Assembly (NCBI GenBank): GCA_044228265.1
Contig: JBGAVC010000011.1
Location: 816-64,815, forward strand
Reading direction: 5' to 3'
Origin: Pyrinomonadaceae bacterium
GTDB lineage: Bacteria > Acidobacteriota > Blastocatellia > Pyrinomonadales > Pyrinomonadaceae
DNA: 64,000 bases
In this document: one piece after another, positions 41,387 through 50,689 of the stretch
Layout of the letters: each line of letters opens with the position of its first letter
Position numbering within the stretch: the first letter of the stretch is position 1
The notes under the pieces: generated by a model
Seen by the model: only the letters and a program-made list of their open reading frames with translations
What the model was told of the DNA's origin: nothing
Databases searched by the model: none
Translations under genes and position numbers: made by a program

Positions 41387-42493
41387 ATGAGCAACGCACT
41401 AATACAACATTTGGCCACATTTAACGAACCCGACTGGCTCGCCGCCGTCAATGAGATGCTGCCTTGTATTCACGAGGTGGACCGCGATGCGGTGCAGATC
41501 TGGTTCCGTTTCTACCCGTTGAGCCTCAAGCGGTATATCGATGCCGCTGAGGACCGAGATGCTTTGATCCGCGAACTGGCTCTTCAGGGCGACCACGAGC
41601 TCAAAAATCGCATCGATACATCGCACCATTTTCTATACGGCCACAGGTTCTGGCCGACGGTAAAACAAAAGATCGAACTTCTGGCCGAACTCCCTGTGGC
41701 AGCAGAAGGCAGATCCGGTGAACCGAAGACCGCCTCCGAACCGCCTGCTCCCGTGGGCGGTTCTGACCCGTTGCCGCTCGTCGAGGTCATTAAGGACGTT
41801 GCGATCCGCGTCTCCGAAAAGCTAAAGGTCGAGCGCCCGCTGGTCAACGCGATAACGGCCGTCGGACTCGCGACACTGAACCAGGTCGGTCTCGACGCCT
41901 TCAAAGCCGCGCCGGGCGACGTCGAGAAACCAACTGGAATAATGGCAAAATCACCGGAAACGATCGTCGCAGAGCGTGAACGCGATGATTCCCAGGGAAT
42001 ATTTGGATTTCTCCGGACGGTCAATAAAAAATATACGATAACTTACGACAACCTGCGCGGCACGGGCCGATTCCCCGTGATCAACGATCAGGAGATCGCG
42101 GCCGCGTCGGCAAGACACGAGACCGGCAAGTTCAAGGATGCCGACGAACGCTGCTGGGAGGGCGTCGTTCCTGTCGAATGCCTTTCAGCAAGCTGCGGAA
42201 CCTGCTGGGTCGGCGTATTGGGCGGACAGGAAAAACTCTCCGAAGTCGGCCGACGCGAGCGCCGAGCCATGAAGGTATTCGGCTATAACCAGCCGGATGA
42301 ACCCAAACCCTTCTTACGTCTCGCTTGCCAGGCAAAGGCGTCGGGTAACGTGTCCATCGTCATTCCGCCTTGGAATGCCGTCTTCGGCAAAAAGGTCCAT
42401 GGAGACGTGGAAGAGCTCGAACTCGAACCGGCAACAACCTCGGCGAAACAGCTTCGAGAAACGATCGCGTCGGCAGCTAAAACCGACAACTAA
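41387..42493 (+). CDS. protein of unknown function with C-terminal plant-type [2Fe-2S] ferredoxin domain
   Basis: 368 aa from ATG 41387. The C-terminal region carries C-x4-C-x2-C (ECLSASCGTCWV) plus a distal Cys (LRLACQAK). The ~250-aa N-terminal region is not recognised. Confidence 0.6.
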   Translation: MSNALIQHLATFNEPDWLAAVNEMLPCIHEVDRDAVQIWFRFYPLSLKRYIDAAEDRDALIRELALQGDHELKNRIDTSHHFLYGHRFWPTVKQKIELLAELPVAAEGRSGEPKTASEPPAPVGGSDPLPLVEVIKDVAIRVSEKLKVERPLVNAITAVGLATLNQVGLDAFKAAPGDVEKPTGIMAKSPETIVAERERDDSQGIFGFLRTVNKKYTITYDNLRGTGRFPVINDQEIAAASARHETGKFKDADERCWEGVVPVECLSASCGTCWVGVLGGQEKLSEVGRRERRAMKVFGYNQPDEPKPFLRLACQAKASGNVSIVIPPWNAVFGKKVHGDVEELELEPATTSAKQLRETIASAAKTDN

Positions 42494-42734
42494 CTGATAG
42501 ATCGACCTGCCGGAAAACAGCGTCGCTGCTTTGGGCGACGCTTCGGCATGCCTTTTCGCATTCCGGCCCGCGGCCCCCCTGTTCTACCATAAATCCAATT
42601 GTATTAGACCTTACCGACCCTTTCCTCGCTTTGTCGTCAAATGTAATTGCGCCGGAACGGACGGCATTAAGGCCGCTGTAAAAGGCCGGCTACCCCGTCC
42701 GATTCCGGCATCTCCCACGCGAGGAGGCTGACTA

Positions 42735-43679
42735 ATGCACAAACCCCGATCTCTCGTTCGCCTTACGGCGATAGTTGCCTTTGTCTTTATATTTGGCTTA
42801 ACGGCGGCTGCACAGGAGCCAGTTCTTTGGGAAAAGCCCGACACCAAGAATCTTGACCTTTATTGGGGCCCGGGCGGCGAAGCGATGAAGCCTGATCTGA
42901 GCAGCATCACCTTCCTGGAACGCGAAAAGCACGGTCATAACACCAAATACCGGATCAAAGACGGTTCCGGCCGCATCTGGGTAGCCAAGATCGGACGCGA
43001 AGCCCGGCCCGAGACCGCTGCCGTCCGGCTGCTTTACGGTCTCGGATACAAGACCGAGATCAACTATCTCGTGCCCTCGCTGACCATCCCCGGCAAAGGC
43101 GAGTTCAAGAACGTTCGGCTCGAAGCACGGCCCGCGGACGTCAAACGCGGCGACGCCTGGAAATGGAGGGACAACCCGTTCGTCGGCAGCGATCCTCTGC
43201 AAGGGCTCAAGATCATGATGGTCTTCATGACCAATTGGGACCTGCTGGATATGCAGAACAAGATACTGAAAACAAAAGACGGCGGCGATCCCGAGACGCG
43301 ATACGTCATCAGCGACCTCGGAGCGACATTCGGTCGATTTGGCAACAACAATCTGCCTTTGTTTTTTCGCCTTGGCCGCAAAACTGGAGACGCGGTCGCA
43401 TGGAGTAAGACGCGGTTCATTAAGAGGGTCAAGGGAAACGAAATACAGTTCGAATACAAAGGAGGCAAAAGCCGCGACCTGATGAAGCACATCACGGTCG
43501 ATCAGGCCCGGTGGTTGACTGCGCTACTCGTGCAGCTCGACGAACGACAGATCCGCGACGCGTTCCACGCCGCCAACTTCTCTCAACAGGACATCGACCT
43601 GTTTACTGCCACCGCCAGGAAAAAGATCGCCGAGCTGAAGGAAGTGGTCGACACCGGCAAGTTTGCGGCCCGCCGATGA
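42735..43679 (+). CDS. secreted protein with protein-kinase-like motif arrangement (atypical kinase fold candidate)
   Basis: Signal peptide MHKPRSLVRLTAIVAFVFIFGLTAAAQE. Then in kinase order: a VAIK-like WVAKIG, an alphaC-like Glu (ARPETAAVRLLYGLGY), a catalytic-loop-like NWDLLDMQNKIL and a DFG-like ISDLGATFG. No homology search was possible. Confidence 0.4.
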   Translation: MHKPRSLVRLTAIVAFVFIFGLTAAAQEPVLWEKPDTKNLDLYWGPGGEAMKPDLSSITFLEREKHGHNTKYRIKDGSGRIWVAKIGREARPETAAVRLLYGLGYKTEINYLVPSLTIPGKGEFKNVRLEARPADVKRGDAWKWRDNPFVGSDPLQGLKIMMVFMTNWDLLDMQNKILKTKDGGDPETRYVISDLGATFGRFGNNNLPLFFRLGRKTGDAVAWSKTRFIKRVKGNEIQFEYKGGKSRDLMKHITVDQARWLTALLVQLDERQIRDAFHAANFSQQDIDLFTATARKKIAELKEVVDTGKFAARR

Positions 43680-43685
43680 TCCGAA

Positions 43686-44543
43686 ATGCGAAAGTTTAGC
43701 CGCACATTTATTGCTCTCGCCGTATTCGTGATCATCGGGCTTGGTCTCGTCATCGTATATTCGAGATCACAAGGTTCAGATCTCTCGTCGGTGGCCGGTC
43801 CCAACGGAACCGGGATCTCCGAACAAACGCCGTCGTTACTCTCGGAGATCTTTCATACCGGAAGTCCATCTGAATCGGCGGGCATCGGCATTCGAACGGC
43901 TGAGATCTTTATGCGGCTGTTCCTGGCCGTCCTCTTTTCGGCCACCCTCGCATTTCGGCCGAGAAACAATGTTCCGCTCTTTCGCCGCAGCCTTTTTGTA
44001 TCGCAAACGCAGATCCTGCTCGCCGTTGTCGCCGCCGCACTAATGATGATCGTCGGCGATAATGCTGCAAGGGCGTTCGCAATATTTGCCGCTGTGTCGC
44101 TGGTCCGCTTCAGGACCAACATCCGTGACCCGAAAGAGATCACCGTGCTGCTTATCAGCCTTTCGCTCGGACTGGCTGCAGGCGTCGGCCGCTGGGACCT
44201 CGGGATAGCCCTGTGTTTGTTCGCGCTCGCATTGCTCTGGCTCCTCGAATACAACGAGCCCCATCAGGTCTACCGCTCGATGGAAGTAACGGTCCGAACC
44301 CGCAATCCTGAACGCACGCAGGCCACTTTGAAAAAGATCTTTAAGCGAATGAAGATCGACGCCGAGGTCCGCGAGATCGTCCCGCCTGACAAAAAGGACA
44401 TCGGTTCGATCAACTACTATGTAAACCTGCGACTCAGCTTGACGACCGACCAACTGACGGAACGTATCAATGGCGCAGACCCCGACAATATCGAGGGTAT
44501 CCAGTGGTCGCAGAAGAAGAGCGCTACGGACATCTATCAATGA
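43686..44543 (+). CDS. DUF4956-like integral membrane protein
   Basis: 285 aa. TM helices and the core FAAVSLVRFRTNIRDPKEITVLLISLSLGLAAGVG, which matches my recollection of the DUF4956 signature (SLVRFR...eI...GLA.G.G). The start lies 6 nt after the preceding gene. Confidence 0.6.
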   Translation: MRKFSRTFIALAVFVIIGLGLVIVYSRSQGSDLSSVAGPNGTGISEQTPSLLSEIFHTGSPSESAGIGIRTAEIFMRLFLAVLFSATLAFRPRNNVPLFRRSLFVSQTQILLAVVAAALMMIVGDNAARAFAIFAAVSLVRFRTNIRDPKEITVLLISLSLGLAAGVGRWDLGIALCLFALALLWLLEYNEPHQVYRSMEVTVRTRNPERTQATLKKIFKRMKIDAEVREIVPPDKKDIGSINYYVNLRLSLTTDQLTERINGADPDNIEGIQWSQKKSATDIYQ

Positions 44544-44555
44544 CCGCCGAAATGC

Positions 44556-44582
44556 AAAAAGCCGCCCATAAGGCGACTTTTT
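44556..44582. terminator. bidirectional terminator-like hairpin between convergent genes
   Basis: AAAAAGCCGCC-CATAA-GGCGACTTTTT (A-run, stem with one mismatch, T-run). Confidence 0.55.
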
Positions 44583-44625
44583 CGTTGCAGAACAACTTGC
44601 CGGACCGGAGGCGGTTCCACGAGTC

Positions 44626-45243
44626 TTAATTGGTCTTATCAGCCGCAGCAGCGTTTGCAGGGGCGGGCGGCGCGGCAGCTTTCTTGGCAGAACGAGCCTG
44701 TGCGTAGTGCTGAACATAGCTCTTGAACCCACCGTGGAAGAGATCGGTAGTGAAGTTGTAATTCTTCATTTCCTGATACGCCGTATCGTAGTCCCAATCG
44801 TACTTCGTCATCCGATATACTGCTCCGGCGACGCCCGTGCGGTGTCTTCCGGCCTTGCAGTGAACGTACATCGGTCCCGTGGATGGATCGTTGGCGAGCT
44901 TTAAGAACGCTTCCATGTCCGAACTTTTCGGCGTGCCCCAGCCTTTCATCGGGATCAGGACGTACTTGAGGCCGGCTGCTTCGGCCGCTGTCTTTTCGTA
45001 GTCCGTCGGATCGTCGCGAAGGTCGACGATCGTCTTGATGCCAAGCTTTGCGAGCGACTGATAATCATCAGGCCCAGGCTGGGCGCCTCGGTAGAAATTT
45101 GCGTCCATCTGCCCGAAATTGTCGATCTTGATGTTCTCGAACGCCGAGGGCGACGTCGGCTTCATCTGTGCCGACGCGGCAACTGTTAGAAAAAGAAACG
45201 AAACGAGTGAGAGGATGCCGGCGCGAAATATGTTGTTTTTCAT
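44626..45243 (-). CDS. secreted Cys-based phosphatase, PFA-DSP/Siw14-like (CX5R)
   Basis: Signal peptide. Active-site loop VHCKAGRHRTG (HCxxGxxRTG), with upstream FYRGAQP and IKTIVDLR. Confidence 0.75.
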   Translation of the reverse strand: MKNNIFRAGILSLVSFLFLTVAASAQMKPTSPSAFENIKIDNFGQMDANFYRGAQPGPDDYQSLAKLGIKTIVDLRDDPTDYEKTAAEAAGLKYVLIPMKGWGTPKSSDMEAFLKLANDPSTGPMYVHCKAGRHRTGVAGAVYRMTKYDWDYDTAYQEMKNYNFTTDLFHGGFKSYVQHYAQARSAKKAAAPPAPANAAAADKTN

Positions 45244-45515
45244 TTATTCTCCGTATTGAGCGCCGGCGCGGTCCATCCGTGAGGAGATGTGCCCGGACGG
45301 CACTGGGAAGTTTGTCAACTCCGAAAGAAATATTATATCCGTGACGTCAAATATCGGCGAGCGATACCGTATCAACAGGTGTTAGAAGAAAATGCAACGG
45401 ATGGCGGTTGCCAAGCATTTACCTGCGGATCATCATTTTTTTTGTGACCGCTAACTCATCTCGATGCTGTAGTTTACGTCAGCCGTGCGAGGCCGGTTTA
45501 CGCTAATCGCAGGAT

Positions 45516-46412
45516 ATGTTCTATGCTTTTGTGTTCGCGGCAGCGATTCCAAAAGTGACGAAAAGATCCCTCGACCCAGTTTGGCTGGTGGTGCTCGCCG
45601 TTCTTCTTTGGAGCACCGGCGGGCTGTTCATCAAGCTGACGACGCTCGACGCTTATCAAGTGACCTTTTTTCGGTCGTTGCTTGCCGCGTTGACAGTCCT
45701 CATCCTGACCCGGAAGAACGGCCTGAGAATAAACGCGTTCGGCATCATGGCGTCGATCATTTACGCCATATTGCTCTTCCTCTTCGTCTGGGCGACAAAA
45801 CACACAACGGCGGCCAACGCTATCTTCCTTCAATACACGGCTCCGGTCTATATCCTCATCCTGGCCCCTTTTGTCATCGGCGAACGGTTCCACCTGAAGG
45901 ACCTCGCGACCATCATTTTCTGTATCGGCGGCATGAGCCTGTTCTTCGTGGGCAAGTTGGAATTGTCGGACTATCAGGGCAATGCTGCCGCATTGGGATC
46001 GGGTATTTTCCTCGGTCTTTACATAATGCTGCTGCGCCACCCGAAAGCAGCGGGGATGAACTCAACCATCACGGTCATCTACGGCAATTTCCTGCTCGCG
46101 CTGTTGACGCTTCCCAATGGGTTGGCGGCGATCCCGACCATTACAACACTCGACATCGTCGCTGTCGGATTCCTGGGCGTATTCCAGATCGGACTCTCTT
46201 ATATTCTTTTTATCAAAGGAGTTACCGCAGGCACACGACCGCTCGATGCCAGCATAATCGGATTTATCGAGCCGCTCCTAAATCCCGTCTGGGTGTTTTT
46301 GTTCGTTGGCGAGAAGCCCTCAAATTGGGCTGTCCTCGGCGGAGCGATCATCATTGCGACCGTGGTCGTCCACACTCTCAACCAATACCGCAGCAGGCCG
46401 GCACCCGCCTGA
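45516..46412 (+). CDS. EamA/DMT-family transporter
   Basis: 298 aa, about 10 TM helices in two EamA-like halves (WSTGGLFIKL..., ...GEKPSNWAVLGGAIIIATVVV). Confidence 0.8.
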   Translation: MFYAFVFAAAIPKVTKRSLDPVWLVVLAVLLWSTGGLFIKLTTLDAYQVTFFRSLLAALTVLILTRKNGLRINAFGIMASIIYAILLFLFVWATKHTTAANAIFLQYTAPVYILILAPFVIGERFHLKDLATIIFCIGGMSLFFVGKLELSDYQGNAAALGSGIFLGLYIMLLRHPKAAGMNSTITVIYGNFLLALLTLPNGLAAIPTITTLDIVAVGFLGVFQIGLSYILFIKGVTAGTRPLDASIIGFIEPLLNPVWVFLFVGEKPSNWAVLGGAIIIATVVVHTLNQYRSRPAPA

Positions 46413-46428
46413 ATCCGCCGTTTGCGGA

Positions 46429-49400
46429 CTATTTTCCCGGAATGGCGATCGTCTCGAGGCCCGCACGTTTCAGAGCGTCATTTATGCCAGCCAGGTCCTT
46501 CGTGACCCAGTCGTCCAGTGACTTTAAGACATCTCCCAATTCCTTTGCGAGCGACGCCGCCCTATCGACCTGCATCTTCGACGGACGGCCCTCGTATCCG
46601 TTCACGTCGCCGTAAAGCCCGGCGAGAAACTCGCGTAATCGCTCTTCTCCGGTTATCGCTCCCCCCTCTTTGGTGGCCACGATCTTTCGTCGCAGCTCGT
46701 CGACCGTTGCCGACGCAGCCTGCAGCCTCGTTCTCAATGCCGCATCGCTCGTTTTTGCTGCCCGGTCATCGAGTGCGAAACGCATTGCGTTTATCCGATC
46801 GACCGTTCTCGACATGTCGCCAAACAGGTTATAAAGCTTCATCGAGAGGTCGAACTGGGCTTGCCGGTCGGCGAGAGAGTACTTCGCTCTCGGGTCCATC
46901 ACGACATTAAGCGGCGTTTCATATACGACGCCGTCCTTTGTCATCCTTACCGTATATTTCCCGGGCAGAACGCGCGGGCCTACTGTCGCTCCGCCGGCAA
47001 TGCTGGCCGCCGGTGGAACTGTCGGTGCAGGCATTCGCATCGACCATTTCACTCGATTGAGGCCGCGACGTTTGCTGGCCGGCACGGTTCCGACCACGCT
47101 GCCCTTCGGATCGAGGACCTCGATCTTCAGATCGCCAAAAATATGCCGTTTCTTCTGGTAATAGGTGATGACCGCGTCGTCCGGCGGATTGTCACCCGTA
47201 AATGAAGCGTCGCCATTGACCCACCCGCCAAAAGCCTGCATTTTCTGAACGACAGGCTCAGCCTGCAGGAAGGCGATGTCCTTGGACAAAACGTCCTGCG
47301 ACAATGCCCTCAGCGGGCTCAAATTGTCGATGATCCAGATACCTCGGCCGTGAGTCGCGATGACCAGGTCTTTGTCACGCGGATGTATTGCAAGGTCGCG
47401 GACCGCGACGTTCGGAAAGTCACCGCCCTTGAATTGCGCCCACTGGTTACCGCCATCGACACTGACCCAGAGGCCCATTTCCGTGCCGACAAACAGCAGA
47501 TCCTTGTTCTCCAGGTCTTCCTTTACGACATGGGCGTATCCGCGAACGTTTGAAGACGGCCCGATAACAGCGGTCCAGGTCTTGCCGTAATCCGATGTTT
47601 TATAAACGTACGGCGACATATTGCCGAACGTATGAAGATCAAATGTCGCGTAAGCCGTTCCCTGGTCAAAATGTCCGGCATCGATCGACGACACCCACGC
47701 GTTCGCCGGCAGGCCCTTGATATTCGCCGTGACGTTAGACCAGCTTTTACCGCCATCGCGGGTGATCTGAACATTGCCGTCATCGGTCCCGACCCAGATC
47801 AAATTAGGGTCTTTCGGCGACTCACAGATCGCGTAAATGGTCGTGTGCATCTCGGCGGACGAATTATCGACGCTCACCCCGCCCGATTCTTCCTGCTTTT
47901 GCTTGTTCGGATCGTTTGTCGTCAGGTCGGGCGAGATCCTGTCCCATGTTTGACCATGGTCGACCGAGCGAAACAGAAACTGGGAACCGATAAAGAGCGT
48001 ACCGTTCTTAGACACCTGGATGGGAGTGTTCCAGTTGTAACGCATCTTGCCTTCCTTGTATCCGGGCAGGGGCTGCAGTCCGCGGGTCTCATGAGTTTTG
48101 CGATTGACGCGGCCGATATAGCCGCCCTGGGACTCGGCGTACAGATAGTCGGGATCGGACGGATCGGCGAACATCCAAAACCCGTCGCCGCCATACATGT
48201 TCTCCCAGCGGTCGTTGGTTATGCCGCCCGGGTACTGCGAGTCGCCCACCCACGAACTGTTATCCTGCAGTCCGCCGTAAACGCGGTATGGCGTCTCCAT
48301 ATCCACGGAAACGTGATAGAACTGCGAAACGGGCAGGTTGTTGGCCTTCCACCACTTGTTGGCCTGATCGAACGAATACCACAAACCGCCGTCGTCGCCT
48401 GTGATCACGTGATCAGAATTTCGCGGGTCTATCCAGACAACGTGAAAATCACCGTGCGCGCCGCCTGCAACATTGCTAAAGCTGCGTCCGCCGTCGCTGC
48501 TGTAGATCAGCGACCCGCCCGCTTTGTAGACCTTGTTCTCGTCCTTGGGATCGACGATCAGATTGGCGAAATAGAATGGCCGCCAGATCATCATCTGGCT
48601 CCGGTCGACCGCCGTCCATGTTTTCCCGGCGTCATCCGATCGGTAAAGCCCGTTCCTCGGCATCACGGCCTCGATCATCGCGTAAACGACCTTTGGATTT
48701 GACGGGGCAACCGCAACCGCGGTGCGTCCCCACGGCTTTGGCGGCAGGCCGTTCGCCGACTTTTCGTCAAGCTCCGTCCACGTCGCTCCGCCGTCGGTGC
48801 TCTTGAACAGCCCGCTCCCGCTCGGAGCGCTCTCGTTCTCTCCGCCTGAACGGAATGTCCATCCCTTTCGACGAAAATCCCACATTCCCGCATAGATCAC
48901 ACGCGGGTCCGAACTGTCCATCGACATCATCGAGCATCCGGTCGAAAGATTTCGTCCCTTCAACACATTGGACCACGTCTTGCCGCCGTCAGTCGTTTTA
49001 TAAACGCCGCGCTCGTCGCTGTCGCTCCACAGTTTACCGGTCGCACAAACGTATACCGTGTCTGTGTTTGATGGGTCGATCAGGATCTTTGCAATATGCT
49101 CCGAGTTCTTAAGGCCGAGATTAGCCCACGTCTCGCCGCCGTCGGCCGAGCGGTAAACGCCGTCGCCAACCGAAACCGAGTTTCGCATCCACGATTCGCC
49201 GGTTCCGACCCACACCGTCTTTGGGCTTTTCGGATCTATCGCGATCGCTCCGATCGATTGGGTACTCTCCTTGTCAAATACCGGTTTGAAGGTCGTTCCG
49301 CCGTTCTGCGATTTCCAGACGCCTCCCGAAGCCGCACCCACATAGAGCGTCAACCGCTGACCGTCCCAGACGCCGTCAAGCGCGGCGATGCGTCCGCTCA

Positions 49401-49551
49401 TCGTTGCAGAGCCGATATTTCTCGCACCGAGGCCCGAGATCGTCTGCGAGTCCACCGTCACTGGCGACTGAGCCCGGACGACGCCGCTAACCGCCAACAT
49501 GAACGCAACCCAGAAAAACAAAGCACCTGTTCTTTTCATCGATCTATTCAA
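46429..49551 (-). CDS. secreted BNR/Asp-box repeat protein (VPS10/sortilin-like or GH74-like double propeller)
   Basis: 1040 aa. Signal peptide and at least nine Asp-boxes (SADGGETW, TTDGGKTW, STDGGATW, SDDAGKTW, SSDGGRSF, SVDHGQTW, TRDGGKSW, TSDYGKTW, SVDGGNQW). Confidence 0.8.
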   Translation of the reverse strand: MNRSMKRTGALFFWVAFMLAVSGVVRAQSPVTVDSQTISGLGARNIGSATMSGRIAALDGVWDGQRLTLYVGAASGGVWKSQNGGTTFKPVFDKESTQSIGAIAIDPKSPKTVWVGTGESWMRNSVSVGDGVYRSADGGETWANLGLKNSEHIAKILIDPSNTDTVYVCATGKLWSDSDERGVYKTTDGGKTWSNVLKGRNLSTGCSMMSMDSSDPRVIYAGMWDFRRKGWTFRSGGENESAPSGSGLFKSTDGGATWTELDEKSANGLPPKPWGRTAVAVAPSNPKVVYAMIEAVMPRNGLYRSDDAGKTWTAVDRSQMMIWRPFYFANLIVDPKDENKVYKAGGSLIYSSDGGRSFSNVAGGAHGDFHVVWIDPRNSDHVITGDDGGLWYSFDQANKWWKANNLPVSQFYHVSVDMETPYRVYGGLQDNSSWVGDSQYPGGITNDRWENMYGGDGFWMFADPSDPDYLYAESQGGYIGRVNRKTHETRGLQPLPGYKEGKMRYNWNTPIQVSKNGTLFIGSQFLFRSVDHGQTWDRISPDLTTNDPNKQKQEESGGVSVDNSSAEMHTTIYAICESPKDPNLIWVGTDDGNVQITRDGGKSWSNVTANIKGLPANAWVSSIDAGHFDQGTAYATFDLHTFGNMSPYVYKTSDYGKTWTAVIGPSSNVRGYAHVVKEDLENKDLLFVGTEMGLWVSVDGGNQWAQFKGGDFPNVAVRDLAIHPRDKDLVIATHGRGIWIIDNLSPLRALSQDVLSKDIAFLQAEPVVQKMQAFGGWVNGDASFTGDNPPDDAVITYYQKKRHIFGDLKIEVLDPKGSVVGTVPASKRRGLNRVKWSMRMPAPTVPPAASIAGGATVGPRVLPGKYTVRMTKDGVVYETPLNVVMDPRAKYSLADRQAQFDLSMKLYNLFGDMSRTVDRINAMRFALDDRAAKTSDAALRTRLQAASATVDELRRKIVATKEGGAITGEERLREFLAGLYGDVNGYEGRPSKMQVDRAASLAKELGDVLKSLDDWVTKDLAGINDALKRAGLETIAIPGK

Positions 49552-49596
49552 CCCTCGGCCTCCGGCCTTTTTCGTTTTTCACTTTTTCCCTTTCTG

Positions 49597-50340
49597 TTAT
49601 GGCTTCTTAGCGGTTCCCGGCACCGTAAACCTCGAGTCAGGCAGGTCCTGATTTACCTCGATCTTCTCGATCCGCGTACTTTGTTTGTTTTGGCTGCCTT
49701 TTTGGCCGCTTTCGATCGAGAACGGAAAGTAAACACCCCCGACCAATTTGTAATCGCCTAGAATCGTCTCCGACTCAGATTCGGCACCGCGATTCACCTG
49801 TTTGGTCTCGATCTTCAGCGGCAGGTAATATTCAGCGTCGAGATAATAGTGTTTGACAGTGCCGTTCGCGAGCGTGACTTTGAGTTTATAGACGTCGGAT
49901 CCTTCAAAATCCTCTTTCCCCTCAAAAACGACCTTGTTGCCCTTGGCGGCATAGTTGACGAGCGGCCCGTCAAAGTCGGCATCCTCGACCGCCTGTTTCA
50001 TCTCCTCTTCACCAAGGGTCTCAGCGTCCTTCTTTCCGTCAAATGGATTTATCTTCCATCCCGACTTTCCGTCGTAGGCGATCGACGCCGTCATTCCCTG
50101 GATCAAAAAGTCCTCCCGGACCATGTTAGGGCGCTTGTTTTCATTGACGACGACCGCTTCAAAACCGCCGCCGGCGTAGAACTTCCCCGTCGAACGCTTC
50201 GACTTTATCGCCTGGATCTTATCGATCCCGCCGCTCTTCTGTATATATTTGGCCACTATCTCATCCGCGGTCTGGCCTACAACGGAAACCGCAAGCAGCA
50301 GCACCCCGAGGACTCCCGAGAACACCTTTTTCATAGACAA
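49597..50340 (-). CDS. LolA-like / outer-membrane lipoprotein-sorting-like secreted protein
   Basis: 247 aa. Signal peptide and a beta-rich sequence. The pattern ADEIVAKYIQKSGGIDKIQAIKS is typical of LolA-fold DUF proteins. Assignment is tentative. Confidence 0.45.
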   Translation of the reverse strand: MSMKKVFSGVLGVLLLAVSVVGQTADEIVAKYIQKSGGIDKIQAIKSKRSTGKFYAGGGFEAVVVNENKRPNMVREDFLIQGMTASIAYDGKSGWKINPFDGKKDAETLGEEEMKQAVEDADFDGPLVNYAAKGNKVVFEGKEDFEGSDVYKLKVTLANGTVKHYYLDAEYYLPLKIETKQVNRGAESESETILGDYKLVGGVYFPFSIESGQKGSQNKQSTRIEKIEVNQDLPDSRFTVPGTAKKP

Positions 50341-50689
50341 CTCCTGGTTTGATCAGCGATCACCCGATACGAAGTCGGGATCTCAGTTCGCGTTATTCGG
50401 TCAAAGGACTCCATATCGAATACACCTATCTCATTTTATTTGCAAGCACATACCGCGGAACGGAACCTTGCAGCACGAGCTCCTGACATCTCTTGTATTT
50501 CGGGACTTATTTTCAGAAGGAAAGCCAGAAACCCAAATGTTTGTCAGGTAAACGGTTAACCGATCAAAACGCGTTAACAATTATGTTACTCCGTGATAAA
50601 ATTCGCTTATATTTCGCATTGCGGGCTGTCGTCCGCTTTCAACTTTCGACCCAGAATTTTATTCAAAAACTCTATTGGAGAACACGTCC

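Noticed and set aside
44040-44732. 230-aa minus-strand ORF
   Set aside because: It is antisense to the DUF4956-like gene and runs through the intergenic terminator. It has no motifs.
45485-46615. 376-aa plus-strand ORF overlapping the EamA gene in another frame
   Set aside because: It is Arg/His/Pro-rich, whereas the 45516-46412 frame gives ~10 clean TM helices. It also runs into the convergent BNR gene.
47632-48702. 356-aa plus-strand ORF
   Set aside because: It is antisense to the BNR-repeat gene, which has nine Asp-boxes. It is a shadow ORF.
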